DNA of 64,000 nucleotides from the human T2T-CHM13v2.0 reference genome, Homo sapiens. This document shows, piece after piece, positions 28,901 to 42,200 of this stretch (position 1 is its first letter; the number at the start of each line of letters is the position of its first letter). The stretch lies in NCBI RefSeq assembly GCF_009914755.1, contig NC_060933.1; one strand, written 5' to 3'. The notes beneath the pieces were generated by a model, which was given only the letters and a program-made list of their open reading frames with translations, ran no database searches and was not told where the DNA came from. A program made the position numbers and the translations under genes.

Positions 28901-31289
28901 GGAATGGAATCAACCCGAGTGCAATGGAATGGAGTGGAATGGAATGGAATGGAATGGAACAACCCGAATGGAATGGAATGTAATGGAGAGTAAGGGAGTT
29001 GAATAGAATCAATCCGAATGTAATGGAATGGAATGGAACGGAATGGAATGGAATGGAATGGAATGGAATGCAATGGAATGGAATCACCCCGAGTGCAATG
29101 GAATGGAGAGGAATGGAATGGAATGGAATGGAAACTACCCGAATGGAATGGAATGTAATGGAGTGTAAGGGAATTGAATAGTATCAATCCGAATGTAATG
29201 GAATGGAATGGAACGGAATGGAATGGAATGGAATGGAATGGAATGGAATGGAATGGAATGCAAAGGAATGGAATCAACCCGAGTGCAATCGAATGGAATC
29301 GAATGGAATGGAATGCAATGGAATGGATTCAACTTGAATGGAATGGAAAGAATGGAATCAACACGAGTGGAATGGCATGGATTGGAAAGGAATGGAATGG
29401 AATCAACCCGAGTACAGGGGAATGGAATGGAATGGAATGCAATGGAATGGAATCATCCGTAATGGAATGGAAAGGAATGGAATGGAAGGGAATGGAATGG
29501 AATGGAATGGAATCAACTCGATTGCAATCGAATGGAATGGAATGGAATTAACCCGAATAGAAAGGAATGGTATGGAACGGAACGGAACGGAATGGAATGG
29601 AATGGAATGGAATGAAGTGGAATAGATCGGAACGGAATGGAATGGAATGGAATGGAATGCAATGGAATGGAATGGAATCAACGCGAGTGCAGGGGAATGG
29701 AATGGAATGGAATGCAATGGAATGGAATCTTCCTGAATGGAATGGAATGGAATAGAATGAAATGCAATGGATTCAACTCGATTGCAATGGAATGGAATAG
29801 AATGGAATGGAATGGAATGGAATGGAATTAACCCGAATAGAATGGAATGGAATGGAATGGAACGGAATGGAACGGAATGGAATGGAATGGAATGGAATGG
29901 AATGGAGTGGTATGGAATGGAATGGAATGGTACGGAATAGAATGGAATGGAACGAATTGTAATGGAATGGAATTGAATGGAATGGAATGGAATGGAATGG
30001 AATCAACGCGAGTGCAGGGGAATGTAATGGAACGGAATGCAATGGAATGGAATCATCCCGAATGGAATGGAATGGAATGGAATGGAATCAACCGGATTGC
30101 AATGGAATGGAGTGGAATGGAATGGAATGGAATGGAATGGAATGGAATGGAATGGAATGCAATGAAATGGAATCAACCCGAGTACAATGGAATGGAATGG
30201 AATGGAATGGAATGGAATGGAATGGAATGGAATGGAATGCCTTCAATACGAATGGAATGGAAAGGAATGGAATCAACACGAGTGGAATGGAATGGAATGG
30301 AAAGGAATGGAATGGAATGGAATGGTACGGAATAGAATGGAATGGAATGAAATGGAATGGAATGGAACGAAATGGAGTGGAATGGAATGGAATGGAATGG
30401 AATGGAATGGAATCGTTCCGAGTGGAATAGGAGGGAATGTATTCGAGAGGAATGGAAAGGAATGGAATCAACCAGAGTGGAATGGAAGGGAATGGAATGG
30501 AATGGAAACTAATAGAATGAAATCAAACCGAGAGGAATGGAATGGAAAGGACAGGAATGGAATGGAATGGAATGGAATGGAATGGAATGGAATCAACCCT
30601 ATTGTAATGGAATGGAATGCAAAGGAATGGAATGGAATGGAATGGAATTAACCCAAATACAATGGAATGGAATGGAATGGAACGGAATGAATTGGAATGG
30701 AATGGAATCAACCCGAGTGCAGGGCAATGGAATGGAATGGAATGCAATGGAATGGAATCATCCGGAATGGAATGGAATGGAATGGAATGGAATGCAAAGC
30801 AATGGAATCAACTCGAATGCAATGGAATGGAATGGAATGGAAAGGAATACATTGAAATCAACCCGAGTGGAATGGAATGGAAAGGACTGGAATGGAGTGG
30901 AATGGAATGCAATGGAATGGAATGGAATCAACTCGATTGGAATGGAATGGAATGGAATGGAATGGAATGGAATTAACCCGAATAGAATGGAATGGAATTA
31001 AATGGAACGGAACGGAATGGAATGGAATGGAATGGAATGGAATGGAATGGAATCAACCCGACTGCAGGGGAATGGAATGGAATGGAATGCAATGGAATGG
31101 AAACTACCCGAATGGAATGGAATGTAACAGAGTGTAAGGGAATTGAATAGAATCAATCCGAATGTAATGGAATGGAATGGAACGGAACGGAATGAATTGG
31201 AATGGAATGGAATGGAATGGAATGCAATGGAATGGAATCAACCCGAGTGCAATCGAATGGAATCGAATTGAATGGAATGCAATGGAATG
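19980..31289 (+). repeat. Copy 2 of 11,363-bp-period tandem duplication
   Basis: Carries the same private variants as copy 1, e.g. GAGTTCAAT, GCAGTGTAAT, ATTATCGG (15399/26762) and GTAACAGAGT. Confidence 0.95.
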
Positions 31290-33249
31290 TATTCAACTAG
31301 AATGGAATGGAAAGAATGGAATCAACACGAGTGGAATGGCATGGATTGGAATGGAATGGAATGGAATCAACCCGAGTACAGGGGAATGGAATGGAATGGA
31401 ATGCAATGGAATGCAATCATCCGTAATGGAATGGAAAGGAATGGAATGGAATGGAATGGAATGGAATGGAATGGAATGGAATCAACTCGATTGCAATCGA
31501 ATGGAATGGAATGAAATTAACCCGAATAGAATGGAATGGAATGGAATGGAACGGAACGGAACGGAACGGAATGGAATGGAATGGAATGGAATGGAATGGA
31601 ATGGAATGGAACGGAAAGGAATGGAATGGAATGGACTGGAATGGAATGGAATGGAATGGAATGGAATCAACGCGAGTGCAGGGGAATGGAATGGAATGGA
31701 ATGAAATATAATGGAATCTTCCGGAATGGAATGGAAAGGAATATAATAAACCCGAGTGCAATGGAATGGAGTGGAATGGAATGGAATGGAATGGAACAAC
31801 CCGAATGGAATGGAATGTAATGGAGAGTAAGGGAGTTGAATAGAATCAATCCGAATGTAATGGAATGGAATGGAACGGAATGGAATGGAATTGAATGGAA
31901 TGGAATGCAATGGAATGGAATCAACCCGAGTGCAATCGAATGGAATCGAATGGAATGGAATGCAATGGAATGGATTCAACTTGAATGGAATGGAAAGAAT
32001 GGAATCAACACGAGTGGAATGGCATGGATTGGAATGGAATGTAATGGAATCAACCCGAGTACAGGGGAATGGAATGGAATGGAATGCAATGGAATGGAAT
32101 CTTCCGTAATGGAATGGAAAGAATGGAATGGAAAGGAATGGAATGGAATGGAATGGAATCATCTCGATTGCAATCGAATGGAATGGAATGGAATTAACCG
32201 GAATAGAATGGAATGGAATGGAATGGAATGGAACGGAACGGATTGGAATGGAATGGAATGGAATGGAATGGAACGGAACGGAACGGAATGGAATGGAATG
32301 GAATGGAACGGAATGGAATCAACGCGAGTGCAGGGGAATGGAATGGAATGGAATGCAATGGAATGGAATCTTCCGGAATGGAATGGAATGGAATGGAATA
32401 GAATGGAATGGAATGGAATGGAATGGAATTAATCCGAATAGAATGGAATGGAATGGAATGGAACGGAATAGAATGGAATGGAATGGAATGGAATGGTATG
32501 GAATGGAATGGAATGGTACGGAATAGAATGGAATGGAACGAATTGTAATGGAATGGAATTGAATGGAATGGAATGGAATGGAATGGAATCAACGCGAGTG
32601 CAGGGAAATGTAATGGAACGGAATGCAATGGAATGGAATCATCCGGAATGGAATGGAATGGAATGGAATGGATTGGAATGGAATCAACCCGAGTGCAATG
32701 GAATGTAATGGAGAGTAAGGGAGTTGAATAGAATCAATCCGAATGTAAAGGAATGGAATGGAACGGAATGGAATGGAATGGAATGGAATGGAATGCAATG
32801 GAATGGAATCAACCCGAGTGCAATCGAATGGAATCGAATTGAATGGAATGCAATGGAATGGATTCAACTTGAATGGAATGGAAAGAATGGAATCAACACG
32901 AGTGGAATGGCATGGATTGGAATGGAATGGAATGGAATCAACCTGAGTACAGGGGAGTGGAATGGAATGGAAAGCAATGGAATGAAATCATCCGTAATGG
33001 AATGGAAAGGAATGGAATGGAATGGAATGGAATGGAATGGAATGGAATGGAATCAACTCGATTGCAATCGAATGGAATGGAATGGAATTAACCCGAATAG
33101 AATGGAATGGAATGGAATGGAACGGAACGGAATGGAATGGAATGGAATGGAATGGAACGGAATGGAATGGAATGGAACGGAATGGAATGGAATGGAATGG
33201 AATGGTATCAACGCGAGTGCAGGGGAATGGAATGGAATGGAATGCAATG

Positions 33250-36200
33250 GAATGGAATCTTCCGGAATGGAATGGAATGGAATGGAATGGAATGAAATGC
33301 ACTGGATTCAACTCGATTGCAATGGAATGGAATAGAATGGAATGGAATGGAATGGAATGGAATTAATCCGAATAGAATGGAATGGAATGGAATGGAACGG
33401 AATGGAACGGAATGGAATGGAATGGAATGGAATGGAATGGTATGGAATGGAATGGAATGGTACGGAATAGAATGGAATGGAACGAATTGTAATGGAATGG
33501 AATTGAATGGAATGGAATGGAATGGAATGGAATCAACGCGAGTGCAGGGGAATGTAATGAAACGGAATGCAATGGAATGGAATCATCCGGAATGGAATGG
33601 AATAGAATGGAATGGAATGGAATGGAATGGAATGGAATCAACCCGAGTGCAATGGAATGGAGTGGAATGGAATGGAATGGAACAACCCCAATGGAATGGA
33701 ATGTAATGGAGAGTAAGGGAGTTGAATAGAATCAATCCGAATGTATTGGAATGGAATGCAACGGAATGGAATGGAATGGAATGCAATGGAATGCAATGGA
33801 ATGGAATCAACCCGAGTACAATGGAATGGAATGGAATGGAATGGAATGGAATGGAATGGAATCGAATAGAATGGAATGGAATGGAATGATACGGAATAGA
33901 ATGGAATGGAACGAAATGGAATGGAATGGAATGGAATGGAATGGAATGGAATGGAATGGAATGGAATGGAATGGAATCGTTCCGAGTGGAATAGGAGGGA
34001 ATGTATTCGAGTGGAATGGAAAGGAATGGAATCAGCCAGAGTGGAATGGAAGGGAATGGAATGGAATGGAATGGAATGCAATAGAATGGAATCAACCCGA
34101 GTGCAATCGAATGGAATCAAATGGAATGGAATGCAACGGAATGGATTCAACTTGAATGGAAAGGAAAGAATGGAATCAACACGAGTGGAATGGCATGGAT
34201 TGGAATGGAATGGAATGGAATCAACCCGAGTACAGGGGAATGGAATGGAATGGAATGCAATGGAATGGAATCATCAGTAATGGAATGGAAAGGAATGGAA
34301 AGGACTGGAATGGAATGGAATGGAATGGAATGGAATGGAATCAACTCGATTGCAATCGAATGGAATGGAATGGAATTAACCCGAATAGAATGGAATGGAA
34401 TGGAATGTAACGGAACGGAATGGAATGGAATGGAACGGAAAGGAATGGAATGGAATGGAATGGAACGGAATGGAATGGAATGGATTCAACGCGAGTGCAG
34501 GGGAATGGAATGGAATCGAATGGAATGGAAAGGAATGGAATGGAATCAACCCGAGTGCAATGGAATGGAGTGGAATGGAAAGGAATGGAATGGAACAACC
34601 CGAATGGAATGGAATGTAATGGAGAGTAAGGGAGTTGAAAAGAATCAATCCGAATGTAATGGAATGGAATGGAACGTAATGGAATGGAATGGAATGGAAT
34701 AGAATGCAATGGAAAGGAATCAACCCGAGTACAATGGAATGGAATGGAATGGAATGGAATGGAATGGAATGGAATGGAATGGAATGCAATGGAATGGAAT
34801 CTTCCGGAATGGAATGGAATGGAATGGAATAGAATGGAATGGAATTAAAACGAATAGAATGGAATGGAATGGAATGGAACGGAACAGAACGGAACGGAAC
34901 GGAACTGAGTGGAATTGAATGGAATGGAATTGTATGGAATGGAATGGAATGGTACGGAATAGAATGGAATGGAAAGAATTGGAATGGAATGGAATCGAAC
35001 GGAATGGAATGGAATGGAATGGAATGGAATGGAATCAACCCGAGCGCAATGGAATGGAGTGGAATGGAATGGAATGGAATGGAACAACCCGAATGGAATG
35101 GAATGTAATGGAGAGTAAGGGAGTTGAATAGAATCAATCCGAATGTAATGGAATGGAACGGAACGGAATGGAATGGAATGGAATGGAATGGAATGGAATG
35201 GAATGCAATGGAATGGAATCAACCCGAGTACAATGGAACGGAATGGAATGCAATGTAATGTAATGTAATGGAATGGAATGGAATGGAATGGAATCAACCC
35301 GAGTGCAATGGAATGGAGAGGAATGGAATGGAATGGAATGGAAACTACCTGAATGGAATGGAATGTAATGGAGTGCAAGGGAATTGAATAGAATCAATCC
35401 GAATGGAATGGAACGGAATGGAATGGAATCAACCCGAGTGCAGGGGAATGGAATGGAATGGAATGCAATGGAATGGAATCATCCGGAATGGAATGGAATG
35501 GAATGCAATGGAATGGAATGGAATGGAATCAACCCGAGTGCAATGGAATGGAGTGAAATGGAATGGAATGGAATGGAGACAACCAGAATGGATTGGAATA
35601 TAATGGAGTGTAAGGGAATTGAATAGAATAAATCTGAATGTAATGAAATGGAATGGAACGGAATGGAATGGAATGGAATGGAATGGAATGCAATGGAATG
35701 GAATCAACCCGAGTGCAATCGAATGGAATCGAATGGAATGGAATGCAATGGAATGGATTCAACTTGAATGGAATGGAAAGAATGGAATCAACACGAGTGG
35801 AATGGCATGGATTGGAATGGAATGGAATGGAATCAACCAGAGTATAGGGGAATGGAATGGAATGGAATGCAATGGAATGGAATCATCCGTAATGGAATGG
35901 AAAGGAATGGAATCGAATGGAATGGAATGGAATGGAATGGAATGGAATCAACTCGATTGCAATCGAATGGAATGGAATGGAATTAACCCGAATAGAATGG
36001 AATGGAATGGAATGGAACGGAACGGAACGGAATGGAATGGAATGGAATGGAATGGAACGGAAAGGAAGGGAATGGAATGGAATAGAATGGAATGGAATGG
36101 AATCAACGCGAGTGCAGGGGAATGGAATTGAATGGAATGCAATGGAATGGAATCTTCCGGAATGGAATGGAATGGAATGGAATCAACCCGAGTGCAATGG

Positions 36201-39200
36201 AATGGAGTGGAATGGAATGGAATGGAATGGAACAACCCGAATTGAATGGAATATAATGGAGAGTAAGGGAGTTGAATAGAATCAATCCGAATGTAATGGA
36301 ATGGAATGGAACGGAATGGATTTGAATGGAATGGAATGGAATGCAATGGAATGGAATCAACCCGAGTGCAATGGAATGGAGAGGAATGGAATGGAATGGA
36401 ATGGAAACTACCCGAATGGAATGGAATGTAATGGAGTGTAAAGGAATTGAATAGAATCAATCCGAATGTAATGGAATGGAATGGAACGGAATGGAATGGA
36501 ATGGAATGGAATGCAATGGAATGGAATCAACCCGAGTGCAATCGAATGGAATCGAATGGAATGGAATGCAATGGAATGGATTCAACTTCAATGGAATGGA
36601 AAGAATGGAATCAACACGAGTGGAATGGCATGGATTGGAATGGAATGGAATGGAATCAACCCGAGTACAGGAGAATGGAATGGAATGGAATGCAATGGAA
36701 TGGAATCATCCGTAATGGAATAGAATGGAATGCAAAGGAATGGAATGGAATGGAATCAACCCGAGTGCAATGGAATGGAGTGAAATGGAATGGAATGGAA
36801 TGGAAACTACCCGAATGGAATGGAATATAATGGAGTGTAAGGGAATTGAAAAGAATCAATCTGAATGTAATGAAATGGAATGGAACGGAATGGAATGGAA
36901 TGGAATGAAATGGAATGCAATGGAATGGAATCAACCCGAGTGCAATCGAATGGAATCGAATGCAATGGAATGCAAAGGAATGGATTCAAGTTGAATGGAA
37001 AGGAAAGAATGGAATCAACACGAGTGGAATAGCATGGATTGGAATGGAATGGAATGGAATCAACCCGAGTACAGGGGAATGGAATGGAATGGAATGCAAT
37101 GGAATGGAATCATCAGTAATGGAATGGAAAGGAATGGAAAGGACTGGAATGGAATGGAATGGAATGGAATGGAATCAACTCGATTGCAATCGAATGGAAT
37201 GGAATGGAATTAACCCGAATAGAATGGAATGGAATGTAATGGAACGGAACGGAATGGAATGGAATGGAATGGAATGGAACGGAAAGGAATGGAATGGAAT
37301 GGAATGGAATGGAATGGAATGGAATGGAATCAACGCGAGTGCAGGGGAATGGAATGGAATCGAATGGAATGGAAAGGAATGGAATGGAATCAACCCAAGT
37401 GCAGGGGAATGTAATGGAACGGAATGCAATGGAATGGAATCATCCGGAATGGAATGGAATGGAATGGAATGGAATCAACCCGAATGCAATGGAATGGAGT
37501 GGAATGGAATGGAATGGAATGGAATGGAACAACCCGAATGGAATGGAATGTAATGGAGAGTAAGGGAGTTGAAAAGAATCAATCCGAATGTAATGGAATG
37601 GAATGGAACGGAATGGAATGGAATGGAATGGAATGGAATAGAATGGAATGGAATGCAATGGAATGGAATCAACCCGAGTACAATGGAATGGAATGGAATG
37701 GAATGCAATGGAATGGAATCTTCCGGAATGGAATGGAATGGAATGGAATGGAATGGAATGCAATGGATTCAACTCGATTGCAATGGAATGGAATAGAATG
37801 GAATGGAATGGAATGGAATTAAACCGAATAGAATGGAATGGAATGGAATGGAACGGAACAGAACGGAACGGAACGGAACGGAGTGGAATGGAATGGAATG
37901 GAATTGTATGGAATGGAATGGAATGGTACGGAATAGAATGGAATGGAAAGAAATGGAATGGAATGGAATGGAATGCCTTCAAACCGAATGGAATGGAAAG
38001 GAATGGAATCAACACGAGTGGAATGGAATGGAATGGAATGGAATGGAATGGAATGGAATGGAATGGAATGATACGGAATAGAATGGAATGGAACGAAATG
38101 GAATGTAATGTAATGGAATGGAATGGAATGGAATGGAATGGAATGGAATGGAATCGTTCCGAGTGGAATAGGAGGGAATGTATTCGAGTGGAATGGAAAG
38201 GAATGGAATCAACCAGAGTGGAATGGAAGGGAATGGAATGGAATGGAAACTAATAGAATGGAATCAACCCGAGTGGAATGGAATGGAATGGAATGGAATG
38301 GAATGGAATGGAATGGAATGGAATTAATCCGAATAGAATGGAATGGAATGGAATGGAACGGAATGGAAAGGAATGGAATGGAATGGAATGGAATGGAATG
38401 GAATGGAATCAACGTGAGTGCAGGGGAATGTAATGGAATCGAATGGAATGGAATGGAATGGAATGGAATCAACCCGAGTGCAGGGGTATGTAATGGAACG
38501 GAATGCAATGGAATGGAATCATCCGGAATGGAATGGAATGGAATGGAATGGAATCAACCCGAGGGCAATGTAATGTAATGGAGAGTAAGGGAGTTGAAAA
38601 GAATCAATCCGAATGTAATGGAATGGAATGGAACGGAATGGAATGGAATGGAATGGAATGGAATGGAATGGAATGCAATGGAATGGAATCAACCCGAGTA
38701 CAATGGAATGGAATGGAATGGAATGGAATGGAATGGAATGGAATGGAATGGAATGAAATGGAATCAACGCGAGTGCAGGGGAATGGAATGGAATGGAATG
38801 CAATGGAATGGAATCTTCTGGAATGGAATGGAATGGAATGGAATGGAAAGAAATGCAATGGATTCAACTCGATTGCAACGGAATGGAATAGAATGGAATG
38901 GAAAAGAATGGAATGGAATTAATCCGAATAGAATGGAATGGAATGGAATGGAACGGAATGGAACGGAATGGAATGGAATGGAATGTAATGGAATGGTATG
39001 GAATGGAATGGAATGGAATGGAATGCAATGGAATGGAATCAACCCGAGTACAATGGAATGGAATGGAATGGAATGGAGTGGAATGGAATGGAATGGAATG
39101 GAATTGAATGGAATGGAATGGAATGCAATGGATTCAACTCGATTGCAATGGAATGGAATAGAATGGAATGGAATGGAATGGAATCTAATGGAATTAAACC

Positions 39201-42200
39201 GAATAGAATGGAATGGAATGGAATGGAACGGAACAGAACGGAACGGAACGGAACGGAGTGGCATGGAATGGAATGGAATTGTATGGAATGGAATGGAATG
39301 GTACGGAATAGAATGGAATGGAAAGAATAGGAATGGAATGGAATCGAATGGAATGGAATGGAATGGAATGGAATCAACCCGAGTGCAGGGGAATGTAATG
39401 GAACGGAATGCAATGGAATGGAATCATCCGGAATGGAATGGAATGGAATGGAATGGAATGGAATGGAATGGAATCAACCCGAGTGCAATGGAATGGAGTG
39501 GAATGGAATGGAATGGAATGGAACAACACGAATGGAATGGAATGTAATGGAGAGTAAGGGAGTTGAATAGAATCAATCCGAATGTAATGGAATGGAACGG
39601 AATGGAATGAAATAGAATGGAATGGAATGGAATGGAATGCAATGGAATGGAATCAACCCGAGTACAATGGAACGGAATGTAATGTAATGTAATGGAATGG
39701 AATGGAATGGAATGGAATGGAATGGAATGGAATGGAATGGAATCAACCCGAGTGCAATGGAATGGAGAGGAATGGAATGGAATTGAATGGAAACTACCCG
39801 AATGGAATGGAATGTAAGGGAGTGTAAGGGAATTGAATGGAATCAATCCGAATGGAATGGAATGGAATGGAACGGAATGCAATGTAATGGAATGGAATGG
39901 AATCAACCCGAGTGCAGGGGAATGGAATGGAATGGAATGCAATGGAATGGAATCATCCGGAATGGAATGGAATGCAATGCAATGGAATGGAATGGAATGG
40001 AATCAAACTGAGTGCAATGGAATGGAGTGAAATGGAATGGAATGGAATGGAGACAACCAGAATGGATTGGAATATAATGGAGTGTAAGGGAATTGAATAG
40101 AATCAATCTGAATGTAATGAAATGGAATGGAACGGAATGGAATGGAATGGAATGGAATGGAATGGAATGCAATGCAATGGAATGGAATCAACCCGAGTGC
40201 AATCGAATGGAATCGAATGGAATGGAATGCAATGGAATGGATTCAACTTGAATGGAATGGAAAGAATGGAATCAACACGAGTGGAATGGCATGGATTGGA
40301 ATGGAATGGAATGGAATCAACCCGAGTATAGGGGAATGGAATGGAATGGAATGCAATGGAATGGAATCATCCGTAATGGAATGGAAAGGAATGGAATGGA
40401 ATGGAATGGAATGGAATGGAATGGAATCAACTCGATTGCAATCGAATGGAATGGAATGGAATTAACCCGAATAGAATGGAATGGAATGGAATGGAACGGA
40501 ACGGAATGGAATGGAATGGAATGGAATGGAATGGAATGGAATGGAACGGAAAGGAAGGGAATGGAATGGAATAGAATGGAATGGAATGGAATCATCGCGA
40601 GTGCAGGGGAATGGAATGGAATGGAATGCAATGGAATGGAATCTTCCGGAATGGAATGGAATGGAATGGAATGGAATGGAATGGAATCAACCCGAGAGCA
40701 ATGGAATGGAGTGGAATGGAATGGAATGGAATGGAACAACCCGAATGGAATGGAATGTAATGGAGAGTAAGGGAGTTGAATAGAATCAATCCGAATATAA
40801 TGGAATGGAATGGAACGGAATGGAATTGAATGGAATGGAATGGAATGCAATGGAATGGAATCAACCCGAGTGCAATGGAATGGAGAGGAATGGAATGGAA
40901 TGGAATGGAAACTAGCAGAATGGAATGGAATGTAATGGAGTATAAGGGAATTGAATAGAATCAATCCGAATATAATGGAATGGAATGGAACGGAATGGAA
41001 TGGAATGGAATGGAATGGAATGGAATGGAATGGAATGGAATGGAATGCAATGGAATGGAATCAACCCAAGCGCAATCGAATGGAATCGAATGGAATGGAA
41101 TGCAATGGAATGGATTCAACTTGAATGGAATGGAAAGAATGGAATCAACACGAGTGGAATGGCATGGATTGGAATGGAATGGAATGGAATCAACCCGAGT
41201 ACAGGGGAATGGAATGGAATGGAATGCAATGGAATGGAATCATCCGTAATGGAAAGGAAAGGAATGGAATGGAATGGAATGGAATGGAATGGAATGGAAT
41301 GGAATCAACTCGATTGCAATCGAATGGAATGGAATGGAATTAACCCGAATAGAATGGAATGGAATGGAATGGAACGGAACGGAATGGAATGGAATGGAAT
41401 GGAATGGAATGGAATGGAATGGAATGGAATGGAACGGAACGGAATGGAATGGAATGGAATCAACGCGAGTGCAGGGGAATGGAATGGAATGGAATGCAAT
41501 GGAATGGAATCTTCCGGAATGGAATGGAATGGAATGGAATGGAATGAAATGCAATGGATTCAACTCGATTGCAATGGAATGGAATAGAATGGAATGGAAT
41601 GGAATGGAATGGAATTAATTCGAATAGAATGGAATGGAAAGGAATGGAACGGAATGGAACGGAATGGAATGGAATGCAATGGAATGGAATGGTATGGAAT
41701 GGAATGGAATGGTACGGAATAGAATGGAATGGAACGAATTGTAATGGAATGGAATGGAATGGAATGGAATGGAATGGAATCAACGCGATTGCAGGGGAAT
41801 GTAATAGAACGGAATGCAATGGAATGGAATCATCCGGAATGGAATGGAATGGAATGGAATGGAATGGAATGTAATCAACCCGAGTGCAATGGAATGGAGT
41901 GGGATGGAATGGAATGGAATGGAATGGAACAACCCGAATGGAATGGAATGTAATGGAGAGTAAGGGAGTTGAATAGAATCAATCCGAATGTAATGGAATG
42001 GAATGCAACGGAATGGAATGGAATGGAATGGAATGGAATGCAATGGAATTGAATCAACCCGAGTACAATGGAATTGAATGGAATGGAATGGAATGGAATG
42101 ATACGGAATAGAATGGAATGGAACGAAATGGAATTGAATGGAATGGAATGGAATGGAATGGAATGGAATGGAATCGTTCCGAGTGGAATAGGAGGGAATG

